A DNA stretch of 64,000 nt from Candidatus Saccharimonadota bacterium (GTDB lineage: Bacteria > Patescibacteriota > Saccharimonadia > Saccharimonadales > Saccharimonadaceae), in NCBI GenBank assembly GCA_017652105.1, contig JAGCBP010000020.1, forward strand, positions 41,935-105,934, given 5' to 3'. The notes beneath the pieces are model-generated. The model was not told where the DNA came from and ran no database searches. It saw only the letters and a list, made by a program, of their open reading frames with translations. Positions 50,992-59,243 of this stretch are shown in pieces. Each line of letters starts with the position of its first letter. The stretch's first letter is position 1. A program made the position numbers and the translations under genes.

Positions 50992-52317
50992 ATGGATGAT
51001 TTTATAATTTCTGATATTAAAGCAAGAGAAATTTTGGATTCACGTGGCAACCCTACTGTAGAAGCCGAAGTGGTGTTAAAAAATGGTGGTTTTGGCCGCG
51101 CTGCGGTGCCATCCGGCGCCTCTACTGGCTCGCATGAAGCCATCGAACTTCGCGACAACGACAAAGAAAGATTCGCCGGCAAAGGCGTTTCCAAAGCAGT
51201 TTGGAATATTAATTCCAAAATTAGAGACGTGCTCCTCAATAATTCTTCCGAGCAAATTCAGGTTGATAACCTCATGTTAGAGCTTGATGGTACCAAAAAT
51301 AAATCTAATCTCGGCGCCAACGCTATCTTAGCCGTATCGCTAGCCAATGCCAAAGCTAACGCCAGAGCTCTCGGGATGCCGTTTTATCAATATGTTTCTG
51401 AGCTTGCCGGTATTACCGATGAAATGTCTTTGCCGCTTCCGATGATGAATGTAATGAATGGTGGCGAACATGCCTCCTGGTCTACCGATTTTCAAGAATA
51501 CATGATTATTCCTGCCACCGCCGGTACTATCAATGAAGCCATCAGAATGGGCGCAGAAGTTTTTCAAGCTTTGAAATCCGTTTTGAAAGATCGCGGCTAT
51601 CCTACTACTGTTGGCGATGAAGGCGGTTACGCTCCAAGAGTCAAAGAGGGCGACAACGAACCTCTAGATTGTATTAGAGAAGCTGTCACGAGAGCTGGTT
51701 ACGAATTCGGCAAAGATATTGTCATCGCGCTTGATATTGCCGCCAGCGAATTCTTTGTCAAAACTCCGGCCGAACCGCCATACGAAAACGGCCATTATGA
51801 ATTAAAAACCAATGGTGATTGGAAAAGTGCCGAAGACATGATTAACTGGTACGAGTACCTAATTGATAATTATTCAGTAGTTTCAATCGAGGATGGTCTT
51901 TCCGAAGATGATTGGGAAAATTGGCAAATTATGACCGCAAAGCTGAGAGACAAAGCTCAGCTCGTAGGCGATGATCTCTTTGTCACCAATACAGAACTCT
52001 TAAGCCGTGGTATTGAATCAAGAATTGCCAACGCTATTTTGATCAAACCAAATCAAATTGGTTCTCTCACTGAGACTATTGATGCGGTCAAAATGGCCAA
52101 AAATGCCGGTTATAATACTATTATGTCGCACCGTTCTGGTGAGACTGAGGACGTTTCGATCGCTCATCTTGCCGTAGGTCTTGGCACTGGCCAAATCAAA
52201 ACTGGTTCCCTCTCTCGCTCAGAAAGAATTGCCAAATACAATGAGCTGATTCGGATTGCCGAACAAAATCCTAATTTGAAGCTGGCGAAGAGTTCGCAAT
52301 TGCTCGGGCTTCTTTAA
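50992..52317 (+). CDS. eno: Enolase
   Basis: [18 protein letters not shown]-terminus, SHRSGETED motif, 441 aa. Confidence 0.97.
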   Translation: MDDFIISDIKAREILDSRGNPTVEAEVVLKNGGFGRAAVPSGASTGSHEAIELRDNDKERFAGKGVSKAVWNINSKIRDVLLNNSSEQIQVDNLMLELDGTKNKSNLGANAILAVSLANAKANARALGMPFYQYVSELAGITDEMSLPLPMMNVMNGGEHASWSTDFQEYMIIPATAGTINEAIRMGAEVFQALKSVLKDRGYPTTVGDEGGYAPRVKEGDNEPLDCIREAVTRAGYEFGKDIVIALDIAASEFFVKTPAEPPYENGHYELKTNGDWKSAEDMINWYEYLIDNYSVVSIEDGLSEDDWENWQIMTAKLRDKAQLVGDDLFVTNTELLSRGIESRIANAILIKPNQIGSLTETIDAVKMAKNAGYNTIMSHRSGETEDVSIAHLAVGLGTGQIKTGSLSRSERIAKYNELIRIAEQNPNLKLAKSSQLLGLL

Positions 52318-52996
52318 AACCATCGTAAAAGTTTTCCGAAATCTTTGGATGACCGATTTTGTTGGCTGCATCCACTACTTTTTGTAAACCATCAGTAATC
52401 TCAAAAATATGGGTATCGGCTTCGTTCACTAGGTGTAGCTCCACCATCTTTTGAATTACTTGTTCAAAAGCCGACCAATAATCTGTGCCGATTAGAAACA
52501 TCGGCATTTTTGGCATCTTGTTTTCTTGCATCAAACATAAAATTTCCGAAATTTCATCCATTGTGCCAAACCCACCTGGGAAAAATACAAACACTTTGGC
52601 CGCCATCGCAAGCGACACTTTCCGAGCAAAGAAATATTCAAAAGTGTAACATTCGGTAAGATAGGGATTCGGAAATTGTTCATGTGCCAGCGTGATATTA
52701 AATCCTACAGTTCTTCCCCCGATTTCATATGCGCCTTTTGAAGCGGCTTCCATGATACCAGGGCCTCCACCGGTAATTACTGCGTGGCCATTTTTAGCTA
52801 ACATTTCACCGAGCTGTCGAGCCATTTCACAGTATTTATCATCTTGGGGCAATCTAGCCGAACCAAAAATCGTCACTCCTTGCGGAAAAGAGCGCACCAT
52901 CTTTAGCCCCGCCGATAGATCTTTGGAATAGGCGTTAATTCTTTCCAAATCTTCAATAGTCATTTTTTCGATTAATTCTTTTTCTGTTGGCAACAT
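52271..52996 (-). CDS. LOG-family protein (TIGR00730-type nucleotide phosphoribohydrolase)
   Basis: PGGFGTMDE and GGGPGIMEA motifs. SD GAGGAGA. Confidence 0.85.
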   Translation of the reverse strand: MLPTEKELIEKMTIEDLERINAYSKDLSAGLKMVRSFPQGVTIFGSARLPQDDKYCEMARQLGEMLAKNGHAVITGGGPGIMEAASKGAYEIGGRTVGFNITLAHEQFPNPYLTECYTFEYFFARKVSLAMAAKVFVFFPGGFGTMDEISEILCLMQENKMPKMPMFLIGTDYWSAFEQVIQKMVELHLVNEADTHIFEITDGLQKVVDAANKIGHPKISENFYDGFKEARAIANSSPASN

Positions 52997-53031
52997 AAAA
53001 TCTCCTCAAATACTATATATTATTTATTATA

Positions 53032-53994
53032 CTATATTTTTTGAATCGGCATCGGGTGTAAATCTACTTTACCCGCTAAAATACCTTTATTTGCTCCAAT
53101 TTTTGTCACGACTGAAGTGGAATTAGCCGAAGCAAAAATCAATGATTTTCTAAATTCTTTCCCGGAAGCTAGCGCCGCCAAAAAACCCGAGCCAAAGGCA
53201 TCGCCAGCTCCAGTCGCATCTTTAATTTTCACATCGGCGTATAGGCCAAACCGGTAAGTGTCCTCGCTGTTTGTCGCAATTCCCCCCATCGCTCCATCAG
53301 TAATAATTACAGTTTTAGTATAATTTTTTAAGTGGTAAAGTAGTTCCTCTAGATTTGCACCCGGCACCAACATGCCGGCTTCTTGCTTATTTACCAGCAG
53401 AATGTTTATATATTTTAGCAAACTCAGTAGTTCCTTTGCTTGTTCCAATTCTTTTATCCCTGGATTAAACATCACGTTTATTTTCATCTCGTGGGCTTTT
53501 TTGAGAAAACTAGCCAGAGTTTTTAAATCACCTCTTAGCGTGGTAATATAAAGCCAATCCGGCTGAATTTTTTCTAAATCCTCTGCTTCAAAATTGCTAA
53601 ATTCTTTACTAGCGCCTCGATAGGTTAAAATAGTCCTTTCCCCTCCTTTGGAATCTAGCAAAATCACCGAAGCTCCCGTGGCCTTGCCACTAATATAATC
53701 AATATAGCTGGTATCTACACCTTCTTGGTCCAAAACTTTCAAAATTGCATCGCCGGCCGTGTCGTGAGCGATATTAGCCATCAAAACTGCCTCATGTCCG
53801 TGCCTCACAAAAGCAATTGCCGAGTTAACCCCTCCGCCACCTACTTCGTAGCTTAGTTTATCAATATCAACTTTTGTCCCGACCAAAATTTTACCAAAAA
53901 TCGACTCTTCTCCGATTTCAGTCGGTTTTAAATCATCATGGTCAATCAAATAAATATCGTTCAAAGCCGAACCGAGCGACAAAATTCGGGACAT
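53032..53994 (-). CDS. PfkB/ribokinase-family sugar kinase
   Basis: GGGGVNSA and DATGAGDAF motifs. Confidence 0.75.
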   Translation of the reverse strand: MSRILSLGSALNDIYLIDHDDLKPTEIGEESIFGKILVGTKVDIDKLSYEVGGGGVNSAIAFVRHGHEAVLMANIAHDTAGDAILKVLDQEGVDTSYIDYISGKATGASVILLDSKGGERTILTYRGASKEFSNFEAEDLEKIQPDWLYITTLRGDLKTLASFLKKAHEMKINVMFNPGIKELEQAKELLSLLKYINILLVNKQEAGMLVPGANLEELLYHLKNYTKTVIITDGAMGGIATNSEDTYRFGLYADVKIKDATGAGDAFGSGFLAALASGKEFRKSLIFASANSTSVVTKIGANKGILAGKVDLHPMPIQKI

Positions 53995-54651
53995 CTAGAT
54001 TACCACCCCGTTTTTATCAATTTCGGCTACCATTTCGTGGTAAACTTCTGCTGGGTTGTCGACTTTCGAAAGTGCCGAACCCACATTAATTACATCGAGA
54101 TCAGCATGCGCAAGCGCACGCATCGTAGAAACATTCGCGCCACCATCCCAACCAATCTCTAGTTCTGGTTTCATACTTCTGACGATCGCAATTTTTTCCA
54201 TCTGCATCATGTCGGCCGGACTGCCCTGCACTCCGAGTTGACCGGCAAAAATCAAAACGTGGTCCACCACGTCAATATATTGCCTCACTAACCCCGGATA
54301 AGTAGATGGCAAAATCGCCAGCCCAGTTCTGATTCCCTCTTTTTTGAGCGTAGCAAAAATCGGCAGCAAATCTTCTTTTGCTTCACCATGCAAAATACAA
54401 AGCGACGGAGCCAGCTTCAGGATCGTATCAAGTTGTCTGGAAGGGTATGCTGCCATCAAATGTATATCAGCCTTCCATTCTTTTGGCCACCAAACGTTAG
54501 AGATATCTAGGGTGGTAGCCGGAGCAAATTCTCCATCCGAGACATCGATATGCACCCTCCGGGCAAAATTATTGATACTCTCGATTTGCTTACGATATTC
54601 TAATTTGCTTTCGGCTAAAATTGCCGGTACCACGGTGACAGTTCTAATCAT
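53995..54651 (-). CDS. rpe: Ribulose-phosphate 3-epimerase family protein
   Basis: HIDVSDGEFAP and DIHLM motifs match the RPE metal-binding blocks. Confidence 0.7.
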   Translation of the reverse strand: MIRTVTVVPAILAESKLEYRKQIESINNFARRVHIDVSDGEFAPATTLDISNVWWPKEWKADIHLMAAYPSRQLDTILKLAPSLCILHGEAKEDLLPIFATLKKEGIRTGLAILPSTYPGLVRQYIDVVDHVLIFAGQLGVQGSPADMMQMEKIAIVRSMKPELEIGWDGGANVSTMRALAHADLDVINVGSALSKVDNPAEVYHEMVAEIDKNGVVI

Positions 54652-55093
54652 AGTCCTCCCTTTCGTCTAAACGTTTAATTCGGCGAAGCCGCCGGTCCAA
54701 GCTAGTAAATTTAGTTTCGATAAATGTAGAAACGATCTCTTTCATTAACTTCTCGTCGGTAAAATGTGCCGACAAACATAGTACATTGGCATCGTCGTGC
54801 TCCCGAGCTAGTTTAGCTGATTCGGGCGAGGTACAATGTGCCGCCCGAATCTCTCTAAACCGATTAGCTTGCATGGTCATTCCGTGTGCCGAATCGCAAA
54901 TCAAAATTCCAAACGATTCTGGATTGCCGCGCACCGCAATCGCTACGTTTACGGCTGGGTCATTAAAATCATCTCCTTCAATATAACTATACGCACCGAC
55001 ATCAATTACTTCCTCATTTTTTTCGTTCAAAAACTTCAAAATCTGTTTTTTTAGTTCAAAACCTCGATAATCTGCGCCGATATAAATTTTCAT
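54644..55093 (-). CDS. rpiB: Ribose-5-phosphate isomerase B (RpiB/LacA/LacB family)
   Basis: MKIYIGADYRGFELK N-terminus, ILICDSAHG motif, 149 aa. Confidence 0.85.
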   Translation of the reverse strand: MKIYIGADYRGFELKKQILKFLNEKNEEVIDVGAYSYIEGDDFNDPAVNVAIAVRGNPESFGILICDSAHGMTMQANRFREIRAAHCTSPESAKLAREHDDANVLCLSAHFTDEKLMKEIVSTFIETKFTSLDRRLRRIKRLDEREDYD

Positions 55094-56097
55094 TAGGCTT
55101 TTTCTCCTACTTCTAAGGCTAATTCAGCTAAACGATTGGAATATCCCCACTCGTTGTCGTACCAAGCTACGATTTTGATCATATTGCCCCCCACCACATC
55201 CGTCAAAGGCAAATCTACGATACAAGACCTCGAGTCGCCCACGAAATCCTTTGAAACGAGCTCTTCGTCACTCACGCCAATTATGCCATCATATTTAGGA
55301 TCGACGGCTACCTTTTTGAATAGTTCATTGATTTCTTCTTTGGTAGTATCTTTTTTGACCACAGCGGTAATATCAGACAAAGACACCACTGGAGTCGGTA
55401 CGCGAATCGAGAGACCATTAAATTTACCTTTAAGAGCCGGTACAGTAAGCGCTGCAGCCTTTGAAGCGCCCGTAGTGGTCGGTACGATATTCTCGGCCGC
55501 ACTTCTCGCTTCTCGGAGGTCTTTCGCCGGCGCATCTAAAATTCTCTGCGAACCAGTATAGGAATGCACCGTAGTCATCATTGCTTTTTCGATGCCAAAA
55601 TTCTCCTCCAAAATTTTCATAATCGGAGCGATACAATTGGTTGTACAAGAAGCGTTAGACAAAATTACGTCAGAATCTTCCAAAGTTTCGTCATTTACGC
55701 CAATTACGATAGTCTTGGCGCCCTCACCCTTAGCCGGTGCCGAAATAACTACACGCCGAGCTCCTGCCTGAATATGTTTTTTCGCATCCTCTGGTTTAGT
55801 GAAAAAACCAGTCGATTCGATTACTACGTCAACGCCTAAATCCTTCCAAGGTAACTTTTCCGGCTCTTTTTCGGCTAAAATCTTGATTTTTTTACCATCG
55901 ATAATAATCTCATTGTCAGTGAAATCCACATTTCGATCGTAAGCCCCGTAGCTCGAGTCGTGCTTTAAGAGATGTGCCAAAGTTTTGGCATCGGTGATAT
56001 CATTAATTGCCACTATTTCGGCGTCTTCTTTTTCCATTAAAATTTTTAGGACGTTTCGGCCAATCCTGCCAAATCCGTTAATTGCTATTTTTACCAT
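55093..56097 (-). CDS. gap: Glyceraldehyde-3-phosphate dehydrogenase
   Basis: VKIAINGFGRIGRN and SNASCTTNC motifs. Start set at the ATG at 56097 after SD AGGAGGT. Confidence 0.95.
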   Translation of the reverse strand: MVKIAINGFGRIGRNVLKILMEKEDAEIVAINDITDAKTLAHLLKHDSSYGAYDRNVDFTDNEIIIDGKKIKILAEKEPEKLPWKDLGVDVVIESTGFFTKPEDAKKHIQAGARRVVISAPAKGEGAKTIVIGVNDETLEDSDVILSNASCTTNCIAPIMKILEENFGIEKAMMTTVHSYTGSQRILDAPAKDLREARSAAENIVPTTTGASKAAALTVPALKGKFNGLSIRVPTPVVSLSDITAVVKKDTTKEEINELFKKVAVDPKYDGIIGVSDEELVSKDFVGDSRSCIVDLPLTDVVGGNMIKIVAWYDNEWGYSNRLAELALEVGEKA

Positions 56098-56122
56098 TGT
56101 ACCTCCTAATATACTTATGTCT

Positions 56123-56133
56123 ATTATATCACA
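56123..56133 (-). promoter_or_regulatory. Extended -10 TGTGaTATAAT for the gap operon
   Basis: Reverse complement of 56123-56133, about 26 nt upstream of the gap ATG. Confidence 0.55.
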
Positions 56134-56153
56134 TATCAAAACCTCTAAAACAC

Positions 56154-56182
56154 TTGATTTTTAAGCAAAAGTGTGATATAAT
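56154..56182 (+). promoter_or_regulatory. Promoter TTGATT-17-TGTGaTATAAT for the 207-aa orphan gene
   Basis: -35 at 56154-56159, -10 at 56177-56182. Confidence 0.7.
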
Positions 56183-56245
56183 ATAAGGTATGGGCTATAT
56201 CTGTGCCATAAGGGACAGTGAAGTTCGCACTAAAGGGGGTGAACC

Positions 56246-56869
56246 TTGAAAGAATTGGATAAAGATTTGTTGGCAGAAGTAGGCAAGATCACAGGTATCG
56301 AAAACGGTGCTAAGCTAAAATGTGTCGCTGGCGCAATTTATGCTACTGTCTTTCTCGGTAAGATGCCGATCAAAGAAGACTTAGCCGATTTTCTCGGTGT
56401 AAGTAAGAGAGTAGTAATGGAAACGATACATGAAGTTTCAATATATCCTCTTGCTACGAGAATGTCACTCGAAGGGCTCTATATCAGCACTGAAGAAGAG
56501 CCCGTAGAAAGGACGATCGCGAGAAAATATCTTGCTACGATGTTCGATCCGGATTTAATAGAGAGTACCAAGGAATATATCGGGTACGATACTATTCTTG
56601 AGTATCTCTGGCAGATCGCAGATGGCTCTGAAGATTCGATTAATGACTATATTAGAAGTCGCTTTGAGTCTGGTCTTAAGATCAGAAAAAAGCTTCAGGC
56701 CTTTGCTTTGCTGGTTTATCAGCACAATCAGGAGTTGGCTTCGTCGAGCTATGGATACATCTGCGAGGTATTGGCAAACGATGTCAGGCGCGCTCGTAAC
56801 GAAGCGATGCAGAATAACTCAGCAAAAAAAGCTAAGAAAAGGCTGAAAGAGATGATGTCATCAAAATAG
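56246..56869 (+). CDS. Hypothetical protein with a putative helix-turn-helix (207 aa)
   Basis: TTG start after a long SD (AAAGGGGGTGAACC). HTH-like segment KEDLADFLGVSKRVVMETIHEV. Basic C-terminal tail. Confidence 0.5.
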   Translation: MKELDKDLLAEVGKITGIENGAKLKCVAGAIYATVFLGKMPIKEDLADFLGVSKRVVMETIHEVSIYPLATRMSLEGLYISTEEEPVERTIARKYLATMFDPDLIESTKEYIGYDTILEYLWQIADGSEDSINDYIRSRFESGLKIRKKLQAFALLVYQHNQELASSSYGYICEVLANDVRRARNEAMQNNSAKKAKKRLKEMMSSK

Positions 56870-56888
56870 ACAACAAATCTTACACGCC

Positions 56889-56920
56889 AAAAAAAAGCCC
56901 CGATTTCTCGGGGCTTTTTC
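56889..56920. terminator. Bidirectional terminator between the 207-aa gene and rpsG
   Basis: Stem AGCCCCGA/TCGGGGCT with a TTTC loop, an A-run upstream and a T-run downstream. Confidence 0.85.
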
Positions 56921-56943
56921 CTGCCTTAAAATTGTCTTGCAAT

Positions 56944-57420
56944 TTATCTTGCAAAGTGTGCAAAAGCACGGTTGGCTTCGGCCATTCTGTGGCAATCTTC
57001 CTTCTTCTTGAAGGCAGCGCCAGTTTCGTTGTAAGCATCGACAATCTCAGCCTCTAGTCTCTTAGCATACGGCATACCACCGCGTGCGCGAGCAGATTGC
57101 ACTAGCCAAGTAAAGGCAAAGTGAAGCTGCCTGTGACCAGAAATTGGGAATGGAATTTGGTAGTTTGCACCACCAACCCGGCGAGATTTCACCTCAAAGT
57201 CAGGAGAAACATTCGCAATGGCTTTTTCCAAAACTTCTACTGGATTCTCGGATTTGAGCTTTTTGGCGGCACCTTCGATAGCGGCATAAACTGCGCGTTC
57301 CGAAGCTTGCTTTTTGCCATCAAGCATAGACTTGTTGATCAATCTTTGCACCAAGATAGACTGGTATTTACGATCTGGAGAGACTTTTCTTTCCAAAGAT
57401 TTAGTAGTTTTTCTAGGCAT
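56944..57420 (-). CDS. rpsG: 30S ribosomal protein S7
   Basis: Typical S7 sequence, 158 aa, directly downstream of rpsL. Confidence 0.95.
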   Translation of the reverse strand: MPRKTTKSLERKVSPDRKYQSILVQRLINKSMLDGKKQASERAVYAAIEGAAKKLKSENPVEVLEKAIANVSPDFEVKSRRVGGANYQIPFPISGHRQLHFAFTWLVQSARARGGMPYAKRLEAEIVDAYNETGAAFKKKEDCHRMAEANRAFAHFAR

Positions 57421-57422
57421 AA

Positions 57423-57836
57423 TTACTTATCCTCCTTCTTGGCACCGTACTTAGAACGACCTTGCTTGCGGCCTTGGACACCTTGAAGGTCCAAAGTACC
57501 TCTAACCACGTGATAACGCACACCCGGAAGATCTGGTACACGACCACCACGTACCAAAACTACAGCGTGTTCCTGTAAATTGTGACCTTCGCCACCAATG
57601 TAAGCCCAAACTTCTTGACCATTAGTAAGGCGCACACGAGCAACTTTCCGCATCGCGGAGTTTGGTTTCTTTGGGGTTTTGGTAGTTACCTTAATACAGA
57701 CACCACGTTTCAAAGGTGCAGCTTTTTCATAGCGCTTGGTTTTGAGCGTATTCACGATTGAACCAAGAGCTGGAGATTTGGACTTCTTAGCCGCTTTTTT
57801 GCGCGGTTTTCTAATCAACTGATTAATAGTTGGCAT
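57423..57836 (-). CDS. rpsL: 30S ribosomal protein S12
   Basis: [11 protein letters not shown]-terminus and the PKKPNSA(M)RK motif. Confidence 0.97.
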   Translation of the reverse strand: MPTINQLIRKPRKKAAKKSKSPALGSIVNTLKTKRYEKAAPLKRGVCIKVTTKTPKKPNSAMRKVARVRLTNGQEVWAYIGGEGHNLQEHAVVLVRGGRVPDLPGVRYHVVRGTLDLQGVQGRKQGRSKYGAKKEDK

Positions 57837-57916
57837 TAAAATTTCCTTAATTAAAATTAATATTGTTGCCTTGTATGCTTACAGCAATAGCAATACAAGA
57901 TGAAACTCTTTACACT

Positions 57917-57945
57917 ATTATAGCACTATTTGTTTACTTTTACAA
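57917..57945 (-). promoter_or_regulatory. Promoter TTGTAA-17-TGcTATAAT for rpsL-rpsG
   Basis: -10 at 57917-57922. -35 at 57940-57945, inside the tig 3' end. The leader of about 75 nt contains a CTTGTAT/ATACAAG hairpin. Confidence 0.6.
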
Positions 57946-59206
57946 GATAATCTAAAGTTTTTTCGATAATCATCCGGTTTTTGATGTCCATTTTGACATT
58001 TGGATCTTTGAGCTGCTTGACCGCCTCTGGAGATTTTTTGTAGACATCTCTGAGTTCATTGAGTTTAGCTAAGACTTCTTCATCCGAAACAGTGATTTTT
58101 TCTTTGACCGCTAAATCTTGGAGAGCCAAAGAGGCTTTCACTCTAGTCTCCGCCGCTTTTTTGGCCTCTTTTTCCCAATTTTCCATGGTTTCGCCAGACA
58201 TTTTGACAAAATCTTCTAGACTGTTAATGCCGCGAGACATTGCGTTTCTAGTCATATCATCTTTGATGATGCGCAGTTGATCCTCAATCAAAATCTCTGG
58301 AGCCGGAATTTTTGAAACTTTAACCAGCTCAGCAATCAAATCATCCTTGAATTTCTCATTCAATCTGTGCTCATCTTGCATTTCGAGGTTTTTCTTGATA
58401 TCGGCCTTTAGATCTTTCAAAGTCTTGAATGGTCCGCATTTTTTGGCTAGTTCATCGTCAATTGCCGGCTCAGTTACTTCGTTGACTTGCTTGAGCAAAG
58501 TCTCAAACACCACCTTAGCCCCAGCCAAATCTTTTACACCATAATCTTTAGGAAATGTCAACTTAAGATCAAACTTGTCGCCCGCCTCGTGGCCGACAAT
58601 TCCCTCCTCAAAGCCCGGGATAAAAGTCTTTGAGCCTAGCACCAATTTGTAATCTTTGGCCGAACCACCCTCAAACGGTTCACCGCCTTTTTTGCCCACA
58701 AAATCAATAATCACTTCGTCGGTCAACTTAGCTGCGCGCTTGACCGGCTTTTTCTCGGCAAAAGATTTCGCGAGATTACCCAGGACTTCTTTAATTTGCG
58801 CTTCTGATACGGAAGCTTTCTCTTTTTTGACTTTGAGATTTTTGTAATCACCGAGTTTAATTTCTGGTACGATATCTGCCGTAGCGGTATATTCAGCCGT
58901 CTCACCTGGCACATACTTGGTCACATTGATATTTGGTGCCACTAGCGGCATCTTTTCGGCCTCCTGAAAAGCGGCAAAAGCCGTAGTCCTCACGGCAATA
59001 TCGATAGTTTCGGCACTCAGATCATTCTCTGGAATGAACTTTTTTGCCACTTCTGCCGGGGCTTTTCCCTTTCTAAAGCCTTCCACACGAACTTCGGCGG
59101 CTAGTTTTTTGAGCGCCTGCTCCTCCGCCTTTTTTAAATCTTTGGCATCTAATGTCACGGTGATTTCCACGCGCGTATCAGAAATCTTCTTGGATTTTGT
59201 TTTCAC
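57926..59206 (-). CDS. tig: Trigger factor
   Basis: GFRKGKAP ribosome-binding motif, FKBP-type PPIase domain. GTG start after SD GAGGAG. Confidence 0.9.
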   Translation of the reverse strand: MKTKSKKISDTRVEITVTLDAKDLKKAEEQALKKLAAEVRVEGFRKGKAPAEVAKKFIPENDLSAETIDIAVRTTAFAAFQEAEKMPLVAPNINVTKYVPGETAEYTATADIVPEIKLGDYKNLKVKKEKASVSEAQIKEVLGNLAKSFAEKKPVKRAAKLTDEVIIDFVGKKGGEPFEGGSAKDYKLVLGSKTFIPGFEEGIVGHEAGDKFDLKLTFPKDYGVKDLAGAKVVFETLLKQVNEVTEPAIDDELAKKCGPFKTLKDLKADIKKNLEMQDEHRLNEKFKDDLIAELVKVSKIPAPEILIEDQLRIIKDDMTRNAMSRGINSLEDFVKMSGETMENWEKEAKKAAETRVKASLALQDLAVKEKITVSDEEVLAKLNELRDVYKKSPEAVKQLKDPNVKMDIKNRMIIEKTLDYLVKVNK

Positions 59207-59232
59207 TTTAAACTCCTCAATATATTATATAT

Positions 59233-59243
59233 ATTATATCACA
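59233..59243 (-). promoter_or_regulatory. Extended -10 TGTGaTATAAT for tig
   Basis: Reverse complement of 59233-59243. Overlaps the stop of the upstream oxidoreductase gene. Confidence 0.5.

Noticed and set aside
56183-56245. Sequence similarity between the leaders of the 139-aa, 207-aa and upp genes (ATAAGCA..., AAAGGGGG...) as a shared riboswitch or RNA motif
   Set aside because: The shared AAAGGGGGT(G)A block is explained by extended complementarity to a canonical 16S rRNA 3' end (assumed; no rRNA gene is in this window), i.e. a long SD with a G-U wobble. The remaining similarity is short and AT-rich.
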